DNA of 64,000 bases from Longimicrobiales bacterium (GCA_965238005.1 OZ250165.1:3904001-3968000); one strand, 5' to 3'; positions 19,601 through 30,262 are shown, counted from the stretch's first letter. Numbers and translations are program-made. The notes: generated by a model from the sequence alone, not told the origin.

Positions 19601-19963
19601 GCCGCACCCTCCGTCCGGTGACCCTCGCTGGCGTCAGTCCGCATCGTCGAGACCCATGCTATACGCGGCTCATGATCGCATGCGCATTCCCCCACTCGCA
19701 AGGAGGGCGCTTCGCTCGTCATTCGGCAATGCTCTTCACGATCACCACGCCCCTGGCCATTGGTCGCTGTGGGGCGAACGGGGCAGCGCCCAGAGCGGCC
19801 GCATACCGATCATCCAATCCGCCCTCACCCTCGACGGCAGGTCGTTGCCGCCCTGGGGTGGGCGGCGTGTCTCAAAGGGCAACCACCCGTGCCCGCCAGT
19901 AGCCATGAGGTCACCCGAGTCCCCTCCCGTGCCGACCAGTCCCCGCCAGGTAACCGGAATTTT

Positions 19964-19984
19964 TGGGGTCCCATGTGGGGTACC
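19964..19984 (+). repeat. TGGGGTCCC-N3-TGGGGTACC site, copy 3
   Basis: About 75 bp inside the tRNA-proximal att. Confidence 0.8.
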
Positions 19985-20019
19985 AAAGCCCCCTTTTCGG
20001 GCCCTAACTCATCGGTACG

Positions 20020-20057
20020 AAAAGGCGGAAGCCCCTGTATTCCAAGGACTTCCGCCT
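20020..20057 (-). terminator. Intrinsic terminator after tRNA-Lys
   Basis: Stem AGGCGGAAG/CTTCCGCCT followed by a T run on the minus strand. Confidence 0.75.
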
Positions 20058-20059
20058 AG

Positions 20060-20133
20060 TACCCCGCCAGGGACTCGAACCCCGAACCTACTGATTAAGA
20101 GTCAGTTGCTCTAGCCAGTTGAGCTAGCGGGGC
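20060..20133 (-). tRNA. tRNA-Lys (CTT)
   Basis: GCCCCGCTAGCTCAACTGGCTAGAGCA ACTGACT-CTT-AATCAGT AGGTTCGGGGTTCGAGTCCCTGGCGGGGTA folds as a cloverleaf; CCA not encoded. Confidence 0.97.
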
Positions 20134-20318
20134 AAAACCTTGTTACACAATCACTTAAGGTACTCGTAACACCATTCTCTATCCTACTGTATGTCCAATC
20201 GTATGTCCTAGTTCCGAGCCTTCCTCGTTTTTGTTGTGAATTTGCATGAGTTGTTTCAACTCTCCGAGTCCCCCGACATCGTGTCAGTTGGGTACCGCCA
20301 TGCCCTTTCGACTTGGGC

Positions 20319-20377
20319 GACTAACGTGCAGCTCAGCGGCGCGGCTTGTCCGCGTCCGCTGAAGTGCTTGGTTCGGC
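20319..20377 (-). other. Integron attC site (59 bp)
   Basis: GCCGAAC-caagc-ACTTCAGCGGACGCGG..CCGCGCCGCTGAGCT-GTTAGTC; imperfect palindrome with extrahelical bases. Confidence 0.88.
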
Positions 20378-20593
20378 TTCGAATCTCTTCCTTTCCTGTT
20401 TCCAGGATTTCTGTAGAAGGCGGTCCATAAAGGGAGAGACGGCGATTCCGACTCCTGCACCCCAACCGAGCAGAAATCCAGCCGCCGCAGTACCGATAGT
20501 CCACCAAGCAAGCCCGAAGATGAGGCCAAGAGCAATCCCGAGGATTGTTCCTAGGAAAGCCCCCAGGAGACCCAGCATCTCAGGCAACGTCAT
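20333..20593 (-). CDS. Integron cassette gene: small two-TM Gly-rich membrane protein
   Basis: RBS AGAGG shortly after the upstream GTTCGGC; stop lies inside its attC. Confidence 0.75.
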   Translation of the reverse strand: MTLPEMLGLLGAFLGTILGIALGLIFGLAWWTIGTAAAGFLLGWGAGVGIAVSPFMDRLLQKSWKQERKRFEAEPSTSADADKPRR

Positions 20594-20621
20594 GTCAAGA
20601 CACCTCTAATCATTCTGTGAG

Positions 20622-20681
20622 GCCGAACGCCTTGGCGATCAGCGGCCGCCGAAGCCGGTCCGCTGAAGCAGTTCGTTAGAC
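20622..20681 (-). other. Integron attC site (60 bp)
   Basis: GTCTAAC-gaact-GCTTCAGCGGACCGG..CGGCCGCTGATC-GTTCGGC. Confidence 0.88.
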
Positions 20682-20738
20682 GGAGCTCGCACGCCCGTTG
20701 CGACCACTCCGTGATAGCACCGGACGATCTTTTGAGTC

Positions 20739-20945
20739 TCACGCCTCAGCTTCGATTCCCCGTGTTCTCGCCCAATCGAGAACGGCAGCCCAAGCGCTCC
20801 TCACAGCCTCCCCTTCCGTCGGTGTCGGCTGCTTTCCCGCATACTCGGCAGCATTCCGCGCCTCGGTGACGACGATCATGAGCGCCACGGTCTCTCGCGG
20901 GATCACGTTCTCATTCTTAAGCCTCGTAATTATCGCCATAGGATA
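20739..20945 (-). pseudogene. 5'-truncated cassette gene, HEPN/DUF4145-like C-terminus
   Basis: IITRLKNENVIP...EARNAAEY; followed by attC. Confidence 0.45.
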
Positions 20946-21052
20946 ACATGGAGTACGACCCACGGTCCGTCTAGGGTGGTACAATGACGGTGTGTTTCAG
21001 TGGGGTGGGTGGTGAGTGGTCCCCCCATCTGTCATCACATCGCCCGTAACAA

Positions 21053-21664
21053 TCACTTGAAGTTCAAACGCATCGTGAGCCGTCTCACCTTTGAGATCGT
21101 ATTTGGTGAGCAACCCATTAATTTCTGGATCTCTACCCCCTTGTAGCCTCGCTGGAGGTAATCGGTAATCCGCTGGATTCGGGGCTTCCGTAGAAACTTG
21201 GCCCTTCCCTCAACACTTCCGGGTTTCCGACCGACATAGGCCCCTTTCGCCTTCGCAATCGCTATCCCTTCCAGCTGTCTCTCACGGATCTGTGATCGCT
21301 CCATTTCGGCGACGACACCGAGTACACTGATCACGAGTCGAGAAGTAGAGTTCTGACGGCCATCGTCATCGAGAGTACGAAGTCCCTCCTTTTGAATACG
21401 AATGGGGACCTGGTGTTCGGTGAAGAGTTCGATGGTCTTTAGGATGTCGAGCAGATCCCGACCCAACCGGTCCAAGGAATGGACGACCAGTTCCTCTAAA
21501 TCTCCGGTGTTTATCGTGTCCACGACCATTCGTCCAGCTGGACGCTCTTGAAACGGTATTGATCCCGAACACCGATCTTCGAAAACCTTCATGCCCTCGA
21601 TCGACGTGAGTTGCCGATCAGTCTTCTGATCCAGTGAACTGACCCTAGCGTAGAATGCGATCAT
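21053..21664 (-). CDS. Serine recombinase (resolvase/invertase)
   Basis: YARVSS, SLDRLGR, AEMERSQIRERQLEGI, C-terminal HTH; RBS GAGG. Confidence 0.93.
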   Translation of the reverse strand: MIAFYARVSSLDQKTDRQLTSIEGMKVFEDRCSGSIPFQERPAGRMVVDTINTGDLEELVVHSLDRLGRDLLDILKTIELFTEHQVPIRIQKEGLRTLDDDGRQNSTSRLVISVLGVVAEMERSQIRERQLEGIAIAKAKGAYVGRKPGSVEGRAKFLRKPRIQRITDYLQRGYKGVEIQKLMGCSPNTISKVRRLTMRLNFK

Positions 21665-21685
21665 CCAATGTACCTCGTGAATCAT

Positions 21686-21724
21686 TACTATTTTAGGATA
21701 TACGGCCAAAACTCTAAAATAGTA
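21686..21724. promoter_or_regulatory. Putative res subsite / operator
   Basis: Perfect 11-bp IR TACTATTTTAG...CTAAAATAGTA in an AT-rich tract upstream of the resolvase. Confidence 0.6.
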
Positions 21725-22146
21725 TATTTTCGACCATATTCCAAGACAATTTTCCTTGGTGGTTTGGTACGACGTTCTATCCTCGGAGGCCCCACGGTCC
21801 CTTGTAGGGGGGAGCTTCAACTCAGTTCATCACTGAATTCTCTACAGGTCGGTCCTGTGGAATTCCCCGAACACCTCGACTCGACAACCAAGCATCCACG
21901 AGATCTTGGTTCACGTTCTCATACCAGAGGGTGGTCTTCTCAAGTTTCTTCCCCTTCTTGAGACTACGACACCGTCCAATCGCCTTTTCCTTCCACCAGT
22001 CCACGACCTCCGGTCGAGGCCCCCTTCCGAGCCCTGTCTCACTGGGAGCGATAGCTCCTAATCCTGGCGCTCGACTGGTGGAAGACCCATGGTATGATCC
22101 GGCTGGTCTCCTTTTCGAGAGCCCGAGTCAGCTCGCGTTGCGACTC

Positions 22147-22224
22147 TACGGGGCCATGGGCGGCGCCCTTCAGCCCCAGCAGCACGTGCAGATCTTCCTG
22201 AACCTCGTCGAATTCGGAATGAAC
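22147..22224 (+). pseudogene. Tiny gamma-glutamyltransferase remnant
   Basis: YGAMGGALQPQQHVQIFLNLVEFGMN matches the GGT small-subunit motif. Confidence 0.6.
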
Positions 22225-22322
22225 GAAACCAGACGTTCGTACGTCAGTACATGCGCGCGCGATCCGGTCAGGTGGGATTCAGCTGTGGATCCGCAGGTTG
22301 ACCAACTCGACTATGCTTTCGC

Positions 22323-23871
22323 CTATGACTCGGGCTCCGACGGCTTCGCCGCCCGGTGTAGCATCATGTTCAGCATGCGCACGGTCGCACCGACACCGGC
22401 GAGCACCTGATTGGCGCTGACGCCGCGCGTTCTCACGGTGCGCGGGCCGTCCCGCCAGGTGATGAACACCTCGGTCAGCGCGCTGGTGCTACCCCCCTTT
22501 GGGATGCGCAGCTCATAGTCCAGCAGCGTCGGGAATTCGAACCCTGGGGGGAATACCTTGCGGATCGCATCGATGAAGGCGTCGAATCCACCGTTTCCCG
22601 ACCCTGACGCTTCGTGGACCTCGCCGTTCACCTGGACCCCGATGCTCGCCGTTGACGCGTGGTCCAGCTCACTGGTGATGGAGCAGGTCAACACCTCGAT
22701 GTGGCGGAAATCCTTGCGCTCCAACACCGTCGGCGATGATGAACGGGAGGTCCTCCACGGTGATGGTGTGTTTGGAGTCGCCGAGGCTCACGATGCGTTT
22801 CAGCACCTCCGCCTGGTCCTCGGGGGAGAGGCTGATGTCCAGCTCGTCCAGATTCTTCTTCAGCGACGCCTTGCCGCTCATCTTGCCGAGCGCGTAGCTG
22901 CGCTTGCGGTCGAAACGCTCCGGGCTCAATGGCGTGTGATACAGGTCGCCCTTGTAATCGCCGTCGGCGTGGATGCCGCTGGTCTGGGTGAACACGTCGC
23001 TGCCGATCACGGGCGCGTTGTCGGCGACCCGCTTCCCCGAGAAGTTCTCCACCATACGGCTCAGCGCGAGGATCTTGGTCTCGTCAACCGCCAGCGTCAT
23101 TCCCATCTTGTCGCGCAGCGCGACCACTACCTCGGCCAGAGACACGTTGCCCGCCCGCTCCCCAAGGCAGTTGACCGTGCAGTGAATGGTGCGGATGCCG
23201 GCCTCGACCGCCCTCATGGCGTTGGCCGTGGCTAGCCCGTAGTCGTTGTGCGGATGAAAGTCGAACGTCTGTTCGGGAAACCTCGCGATCATGTCCGAAA
23301 CGCTCGCCTGGACGTCATCCGGCGTCATCACGCCCAACGTGTCGGGCAGCATGAGATGCGCGACTCCCGTCTTCCGCAGTCCCTCCACGAGGGCGTAGAC
23401 GTAATCACGACTGTCCCGGTACCCGTTCGACCAGTCCTCCAGGTACACGTTGACCTTGAGCCCCCGCTCGCGCGCGTACTCTACCGTGCGACGAATGTCT
23501 TCTAGATGCTGTTCGAGGGTTCGCCGCAACTGCATACGGCAGTGACGCTCGCTGCCCTTGGTGAGCAGGTTCATCACCCGCCCGCCGGTGGATACGATCC
23601 AGTCCGCACTGCGACGTTCGTCTACGAACCCAAGGATCTCGACCCACCCCAGGTAGCCTCCGGAAGCCGCCCACTCCGCAATCTGGGTGACCGCTTCTTT
23701 CTCACCCGCGGAGACGGCGGCCGAGGCAACCTCGATCCGATCGACACACAGGGAGCTGAGTAAAGCCCTGGCGATACTGATCTTTTCCGAGGTGGAGAAC
23801 GACACGTCGCGAGTCTGTTCGCCGTCCCGCAGCGTGGTGTCCATCAACTGAACGTGATCGCTCGTATTCAT
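22323..23871 (-). pseudogene. cimA: Citramalate synthase (LeuA family), frameshifted
   Basis: DTTLRDGEQ, HPHNDYG, GERAGN, regulatory GNGGFDAF; extra G near 22729 (IIAD|VLE). Confidence 0.8.
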
Positions 23872-23969
23872 ACGTCGCTTTTCGCCACCCGGTCGGTCAC
23901 TCCACGTCACTGAGATTCACCGAAGAAACGCACGCGATGTCCGATCCCATCACCCGCCTGAATGTTTCC

Positions 23970-25530
23970 CTAGAAGACCGTCACAGGCATCGTCAGAAGC
24001 GCCCCGTATAGGTCGATGGCGTACCAGAGATTCGCGATCCGCAGGTTTTCGTCCGGGGCGTGCTTTGTTGTCGTGATTCGCCACTGGAACGATGATCGCC
24101 GGCTTTTGGGCGACTTCCGTGAAGAGGCTCAGCGGGAGCGTACCACCCATGCCGGGAGCGATCACTAATGACCCGGGCCCAAACGCACGGTCCGCCGCCG
24201 CGCTCGCGGCGGCCATGATGTTCTGAGCGAACGGATTCGCCATGGAGGTTCTCGCCGCAACCGATCCGCCTCCACCGGTAACCTTCGCGATCCTGGGATA
24301 GAGCAGCCGGGTCTCCATTTCGGGATCCTCGGTCACGACGTGGAAGCCCTGCCGCCGGATGTGGTCGATCACGAGCCCACGCATGTGCGCCGGGTCGTTC
24401 CCCTTCACGAGTCGAACGCCCAGCGCAGCCACAGCCGTATTGGGAATCACGTTGCGCGCGAGCGCACCGGTGTTTCCGCTCGTGATCCCGCGCACGTTAA
24501 GGGCCGGCACCAAGAGCCGCTCGGGGAGCGCCTCGGGCTCCCCTTCGGTCCACACGAGGCCAAGCTCTCGCTTGAGCTCCTCGTCCCAAGCGGGCATGCC
24601 CTCCAGGGCGGCACGCTCCTCCTCACCGATGGGCTCCACCGTGTCGTACCAGCCCTCAATGAGGACACTCCCCGTGTCATCCTTCATGGAGGAGAGAAGT
24701 CGAGCGAGGATGTTGCCGGTATCGGGTGCCCAGTTCCCGTAGTGCCCGGAGTGGAGATTCCTGCTCGCACCGTAGACCGTGACCTCCATCCCCATCGAGC
24801 CCCGGACGCCGAATACGATCTGAGGCCGGCCACTCGGATGCGCGGGGCCATCGAAGAAGAGCCAGATGTCGATATCCTCGATGCGGTCCTTCCAACGCTC
24901 CATGTACTCACCCAGATGCGGTGATCCCGCCTCCTCCTCTCCGTCCAGGAAGAAGATCAGGTTGGACGTCGGCGCGATGCCCGCCTCGCGAAGGGAGCGG
25001 AGCACCGGAAGGATCGCGGCGATGGGAGCCTTGTCGTCCCCAGCCGAGCGCGCGTAGATCCTCCACTCCGGATCGACCGCCTCCCCTTCCTCGGGAAGCA
25101 TCCGCGGCTCCCCTCCGGCCTCCATCCCCGCCGTATAGAGCGTCGGTTCGAAGGGGGGATGGGTCCAGTTGGTCGGATCCACCGCCTGGCCATCGTAGTG
25201 GACATAGATCCCGAGCGTTCGCACGGCTCCGGGCACCATCAACTCGCCGTACACGATCGGAGGGGCACCCTCGATCTCGAGAAGGTCCGAGTCTACTCCC
25301 TCGGCCAGCAGCTCATCGCGGATGTAGGCGGCGGCGCGGATATCCTCCGTGTCACGAGCGCGGTTCGGATAGGAGAGCAGCTCGGTGAAGTCCCGTAGGA
25401 TCGATACCTCATTGGCCTCACGGAAAGCGCGGGCGACCGCAGGCCCGGATTGGGCCGAGAGCGGAACCTCAATGAGGGTGAACAGCGTCACGAAGACGAT
25501 GAACCTGAAAGGGGAGACAAGAGCTGTCAT
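23970..25530 (-). pseudogene. M20/M25/M40 metallopeptidase, frameshifted near the C-terminus
   Basis: HYDGQ, DDKAP, GEEEAGS; NHDN|QHAPDENLR split across frames near 24065. Confidence 0.8.
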
Positions 25531-25623
25531 CGATTTACGGCATTTGATCCGATAGGCGCTGCCAAGCCGCCGAGGTGGCCCGGGATCGAACCATACGCCG
25601 GAGTCGGCCTGCACGCGCCGAGC

Positions 25624-26535
25624 TCAGCGCAACGTCCGGTTGAAGAAGTCGACGGTCCGCTGCCAGGCCAACGTTGCCGCTGCTTCGTCGTAACGGGGCG
25701 TCGTGTCGTTGTGGAACCCGTGATTGACGCCCTCGTACATGTGCATCGTGTAGGTCTTGCCGTTGGCCTCTAGCGCGGCCTCGTAGGCCGGCCATCCGGC
25801 GTTGATGCGCTGGTCCAGACCCGCGTAATGAATGAGCAGAGGCGCGTTGATTCTGGGTACGTCCTCTACCGCGGGTTGACCCCCGTAAAAGGGAACGGAG
25901 GCGCCCAGATCAGGGATGCGCACAGCCATCATGTTGCAGATCCCTCCACCGTAGCAAAAGCCTACCACGCCCACTGCCCCGCTGCATTCCTCGTGGGATT
26001 TCAGGAAGCCTCCGGCCGCGACGAAATCCTCCTCCATCTCCTCGCGATCCCGCTGGCCCTGAAGGGTACGGCCGTCGTCATCGTTGCCGGGGTAGCCGCC
26101 GAGCGGCGTAAGCGCGTCGGGCGCGAATGCCAGGAATCCAGCGATCGCAGTACGGCGCGCGACATCCTCGATGTGCAAGTTGAGGCCGCGGTTCTCATGA
26201 ACCACGACGACACCCGGCAGGTCGCCGTTCGAATCCGCCGGTCGCACCAAGTATCCGCGCATCGTGCCGGCGCCCTGCGGTGAAGCGTACTCGACGTACT
26301 CTCCGCTTACCTGTGCGTCGTCACTCCTCACCTGCTGCCGTTCGGCGTATTTAGGGCTCAGGCTCTCCAACAGGGCGGTGGCGGAAACACCCCCGACGGC
26401 CAAGAACGCCGCTCCGTCGAGAAACTCACGGCGGTTGATGAAACCGTGAACGTAGCGGTCGAAAAGATCGAGAAGTCCCTGATCGAAGTCGCTTGCCTGT
26501 TTGCGTGTCAAGTCGGTCCTCACTTTTCGCTCCAT
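25624..26535 (-). CDS. Dienelactone hydrolase family (YghX-like)
   Basis: [24 protein letters not shown]. Confidence 0.92.
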   Translation of the reverse strand: MERKVRTDLTRKQASDFDQGLLDLFDRYVHGFINRREFLDGAAFLAVGGVSATALLESLSPKYAERQQVRSDDAQVSGEYVEYASPQGAGTMRGYLVRPADSNGDLPGVVVVHENRGLNLHIEDVARRTAIAGFLAFAPDALTPLGGYPGNDDDGRTLQGQRDREEMEEDFVAAGGFLKSHEECSGAVGVVGFCYGGGICNMMAVRIPDLGASVPFYGGQPAVEDVPRINAPLLIHYAGLDQRINAGWPAYEAALEANGKTYTMHMYEGVNHGFHNDTTPRYDEAAATLAWQRTVDFFNRTLR

Positions 26536-27058
26536 GGGCGGGTCCCACGCTCGGCGCAATTCACGGCGACTGGCCCGGGCTGGTTCTTTCCGCCGCAAAA
26601 GTAGCTGGGAAGGCCGGAGGGAGCCACACGAGTTACCTGTCGGGCGGGCCCGGCCGCCCCGACGGTTTCGTTCGCCGTGGCGTGGACGGTATGGTTGGCT
26701 CCGATGCCTATCCGGATCCGGACCGGGTCGTTCGCCTCTACGAGATCGCTCCCCCCGAATTGAGGACTGCAGTCTCTCAGGTGGTCACTGAGCCGGAGCG
26801 ACACCAGCTTTCCCCGCCACTTCTCGAGGATTTCAGAACCCACTCCTGGCGCACGATCGAGGTAGTATCGGCCTGGGCTACACTCCAGCCGGTCGAATCC
26901 ATAGTTGTCGCGCAGGTGGACCCCGATCTCCGCTGGTCTCCCCTGCGGGTGGTATGGCCATGGCCCTGGTCGGCGGCGGCTCTGGTCTCTTCGCGACGCT
27001 CGTCCCGGCACTCAGGGCCTCTTTCCCGTCCACGGGTGGACCAGAGCTCCGAAGTCGG

Positions 27059-28243
27059 CTAGAAGGCCGAAAGGCCGGTCACGGCCTGACCCAGGATCAG
27101 CCCGTGGATGTCGTGGGTCCCTTCGTAGGTATACACGGACTCGAGATTCGCCATGTGCCGCATGGAGTGGTACTCCACCAGGATCCCGTTGGCGCCCAGA
27201 AGCCGGCGGGCCTCCCGCGCGATGTCGCACGCCATGTCGCAATTCGCCCGCTTCGCCAGCGATACCTGTTGCGGGGTCACCGTTCCGGCGTCCTTCAGCC
27301 GTCCGAGCTGAAGGCACAGCAGCTGGCCCTGCGTGATCTTGGTCAGCATGTCGGCGAGCCGGACCTGCTGGATCTGCTTGCCCCCGATGGGCCCTCCGAA
27401 CATCACCCGCTCGGTAGCGTAACTCCGGGCTTCGTCGAAGCAGGCCATGGCGGCCCCCACGGCTCCGAAGGCGATGCTATAGCGGGCCTGGGTGAGGCAC
27501 TTGAGGGGGTTCTTGAGCCCCGTGGTCTCGGGCAGGAGTGCGCTGTCCGAAAGATGGACTTCCTCCATGTGTAGCTCGCTCGTGTCGGACGCCAGGAGCG
27601 AGAGCTTGCCCTTCTGGTCGCGGGCCGAGAAGCCGGGCGTGTCCGTGGGCACGATGAACCCTCGAATTCCATCGAGATCGCCGATCTCGCCGATCTGGGC
27701 CCAGACGATGGCCACGTCGGCCATGGAGCCGTTGGTGATCCACATCTTGGTGCCGTTCAGGAGCCACCCGTCGTCGGTCCTCTTGGCCGTGGTGATCATC
27801 CCGCCCGGGTTCGACCCGTAGTCGGGCTCGGTGAGGCCGAAGCACCCGATCTTCTCCGCAGACGCCAGCTTGGGAAGCCACTCCCGCTTCTGCTCCTCGC
27901 TTCCGAACGCGTAGATCGGGTACATGACCAGGGCGCCCTGCACGGACGCGAAGGAGCGGATGCCCGAGTCGCCCCGCTCGAGCTCCTGATTGATGAGCCC
28001 GTAAGCCACGTTGTTGAGTCCGGCGCAGCCGTACTCCTCGGGAAGGTTGGCGCCGATCATCCCCAGCTCGGCGAGCTCGGGGATGATCTCCTTCGGGAAG
28101 CGGCGTTCGATGTACGCTTCAGCGATGAGGGGGATGACCCGGTCTTCCACCCACTCCCGCACGGTGTCCCGGATCATGCGCTCCTCCTCACTGAGGAGGC
28201 TGTCGACGTCGTAGAAATCTATCCCCTGGTACTTGCCTGCCAT
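27059..28243 (-). CDS. Acyl-CoA dehydrogenase (glutaryl-CoA DH-like)
   Basis: ELERGDSG, CFGLTEPDYGS, TYEGTHDIH. Confidence 0.92.
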   Translation of the reverse strand: MAGKYQGIDFYDVDSLLSEEERMIRDTVREWVEDRVIPLIAEAYIERRFPKEIIPELAELGMIGANLPEEYGCAGLNNVAYGLINQELERGDSGIRSFASVQGALVMYPIYAFGSEEQKREWLPKLASAEKIGCFGLTEPDYGSNPGGMITTAKRTDDGWLLNGTKMWITNGSMADVAIVWAQIGEIGDLDGIRGFIVPTDTPGFSARDQKGKLSLLASDTSELHMEEVHLSDSALLPETTGLKNPLKCLTQARYSIAFGAVGAAMACFDEARSYATERVMFGGPIGGKQIQQVRLADMLTKITQGQLLCLQLGRLKDAGTVTPQQVSLAKRANCDMACDIAREARRLLGANGILVEYHSMRHMANLESVYTYEGTHDIHGLILGQAVTGLSAF

Positions 28244-28292
28244 GGGTTTGCCTCGCAGCTGCGTTTGGTCGGTGGGAACCCGCAGGCTGAAA

Positions 28293-28643
28293 CTAGTGGG
28301 GATCCTGCCCTGGTGGAACGGCCTCAACGGCGTGGCGGTTGCCGATGCGCGCCGTGGCGTAGAGAACCTCCCGCGCCACCCGTGCGCCGACGTAGAAGGC
28401 GGCCAAGACCGTCCCGACCCATCCGCCGATCACGAGGTTGGAGGGTACAACGTAAAGCCAGATCCAGAGGGAGACGATGACGGCGATGACCAAGCCCACG
28501 ACCCAGCTCTGTGAGGTGGCCCGGGCCCGGGCGGCTTCGCGGCAAGCCTCGCACCACAGCATTCGGTCGAGATCCGGCCGTCGCTTCATCTCGAGGCAGC
28601 GGACACAGGCCACCTCGTCCGGGTCACTCGTTCCCCAAGTCAC
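28293..28643 (-). CDS. Membrane protein with two CxxC motifs
   Basis: CVRC...CEAC plus two TM helices; overlaps upstream stop. Confidence 0.7.
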   Translation of the reverse strand: MTWGTSDPDEVACVRCLEMKRRPDLDRMLWCEACREAARARATSQSWVVGLVIAVIVSLWIWLYVVPSNLVIGGWVGTVLAAFYVGARVAREVLYATARIGNRHAVEAVPPGQDPH

Positions 28644-29653
28644 GCCAGAGCCCCCACTACGGCATCGGTGAACTCAGCGGTGGAGGACTCCCCGCCCATG
28701 TCGCGGGTCCGGGCCTCGCCCGAGCGCACTACCCCGTCGAGCGCGGCCCGGATACGGTCGGACACGTCGGGCTGCCCTACGTGGTCGAGGAGCAGGCACG
28801 CCGACAGGAGAAGCCCGGTCGGGTTCGCGACGCCCTGCCCGGTGATGTCCGGAGCGGAGCCGTGCACCGCCTCGAACATGGCGGCGTCCTCGCCGATGTT
28901 GCCGGCGGGAGCGAATCCGAGGCCACCCACGAGCCCCGCCATCAGATCGCTCAGGATGTCACCGAACATGTTCTCCATCACCAGGACGTCGAAGCGGTAC
29001 GGATCCAACACCAGCGCCATGGCCGTGGCGTCGATGATGCGGTCCTCCCACTCGATCTCGGGATAGTCGGCGGCCATCTCGCGCCCGACGTCGAGGAAGA
29101 GCCCCTGGGTGTACTTCAGGATGTTGGCCTTGTGGGCAAGGGTCACCTTCTTGCGACCGTGCTTCCGGGCGTATTCGAAGGCGTAGCGGAGGATGCGCTC
29201 GGCACCGAAGCGCGTCACGATCATCACCGACTCGGCCGCCGCTTTGGGATCTCCCTCCATACCGATGTAGTGCTCGACGCCCACGTAGAGGCCTTCCGTG
29301 TTCTCACGGATGAGGACGAGGTCGATGTCCTCGTAACGGCCGCCCGGCACGATGGTGAGGGCCGGGCGCACGTTGGCGTAGAGGTCGAACTCCTTGCGGA
29401 GCGCCACGTTGATGGAGCGGAAGCCCGAGCCCGAAGGAGTCGTGAGCGGGCCCTTGAGCGCCAACCCGCTCTGGCGCATGGAGTCCAGGGTGGCGTCCGG
29501 GAGAGGGGTGTGCGCGATGTCGAGAGCGGCGATCCCCGCCAGCTGCATGTCGTACTCGAGGTCCGCGTCGGCGGCTCGCAGGATATCGAGGGTGGCGTTG
29601 GTGACCTCCGGCCCGATCCCATCTCCGGGGATGACGGTGACGGTCTTGGTCAT
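28640..29653 (-). CDS. Isocitrate/isopropylmalate dehydrogenase family (NAD-IDH-like)
   Basis: GDGIGPE, RENTEG, HKANI, NMFGDILSD, EAVHGSAPD. Confidence 0.93.
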   Translation of the reverse strand: MTKTVTVIPGDGIGPEVTNATLDILRAADADLEYDMQLAGIAALDIAHTPLPDATLDSMRQSGLALKGPLTTPSGSGFRSINVALRKEFDLYANVRPALTIVPGGRYEDIDLVLIRENTEGLYVGVEHYIGMEGDPKAAAESVMIVTRFGAERILRYAFEYARKHGRKKVTLAHKANILKYTQGLFLDVGREMAADYPEIEWEDRIIDATAMALVLDPYRFDVLVMENMFGDILSDLMAGLVGGLGFAPAGNIGEDAAMFEAVHGSAPDITGQGVANPTGLLLSACLLLDHVGQPDVSDRIRAALDGVVRSGEARTRDMGGESSTAEFTDAVVGALA

Positions 29654-29730
29654 GCGACGGATCGTCCTTCAAGCGGAGGCATGCAGCAATGTAATGTGAA
29701 GTCGCAGGGCGGGCGCCGTACTCCGGGCGA

Positions 29731-30258
29731 TCAGCGTCCCACGAACTCGCTGCTGTATTCGAACTCCGTGTGATCCTCACCCCACTTGACGAGATCCTCG
29801 AGGAACGTGGGGAGCCTGGTGCCGTCGCGTCGCGCCTTGCCCGAGATGTTCCTGGCCCGCTTCCAGGTCAGCCCGTTGAGCTGGCTCCGTCGTAGGAACG
29901 CGCGTGCGACCTCGGTGTCCCGCCGACTCGTCTGGGTGATAACACGAACGCCCGAGAGACCGGGGTAGTCCCGGAGCAAGGTCTCGGTCTCTTCGGTGAA
30001 GAGGTAGATGTAGGGTCCGACCTTGGCCCACAGGCTGCCGCCGCGACGGACCTCCTGGAGCGGCTGGCTCACGGTGATCTCCAACACGTTGCCGCTCACG
30101 TGGAAGCTCAACGCCGACGACGATACGTAACGGGCACGCGCCTCGGCCTCGGAGGGCATCGGGAGGTCCGAGACCTCGCACGCCGCACCACCGAGGACCA
30201 TGATGGAGGTCAAGGCCAGGCCGACTTTCGAGAATCTATTCGCAAGCATGCTCTTCAT
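29731..30258 (-). CDS. Hypothetical lipoprotein
   Basis: Signal peptide ending AAC; operon context. Confidence 0.65.
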   Translation of the reverse strand: MKSMLANRFSKVGLALTSIMVLGGAACEVSDLPMPSEAEARARYVSSSALSFHVSGNVLEITVSQPLQEVRRGGSLWAKVGPYIYLFTEETETLLRDYPGLSGVRVITQTSRRDTEVARAFLRRSQLNGLTWKRARNISGKARRDGTRLPTFLEDLVKWGEDHTEFEYSSEFVGR

Positions 30259-30262
30259 TCCG

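Larger units (their letters stand above)
13090..20103. mobile_element. tRNA-Lys-integrated defence island (~7 kb), no internal integrase
   Basis: Bounded by 42-bp direct repeats; cargo is NTase, effector and nuclease genes. Confidence 0.9.

Noticed and set aside
26540..27050. ORFs in the gap between the hydrolase and acyl-CoA dehydrogenase
   Set aside because: No frame gives a protein-like sequence I can support.
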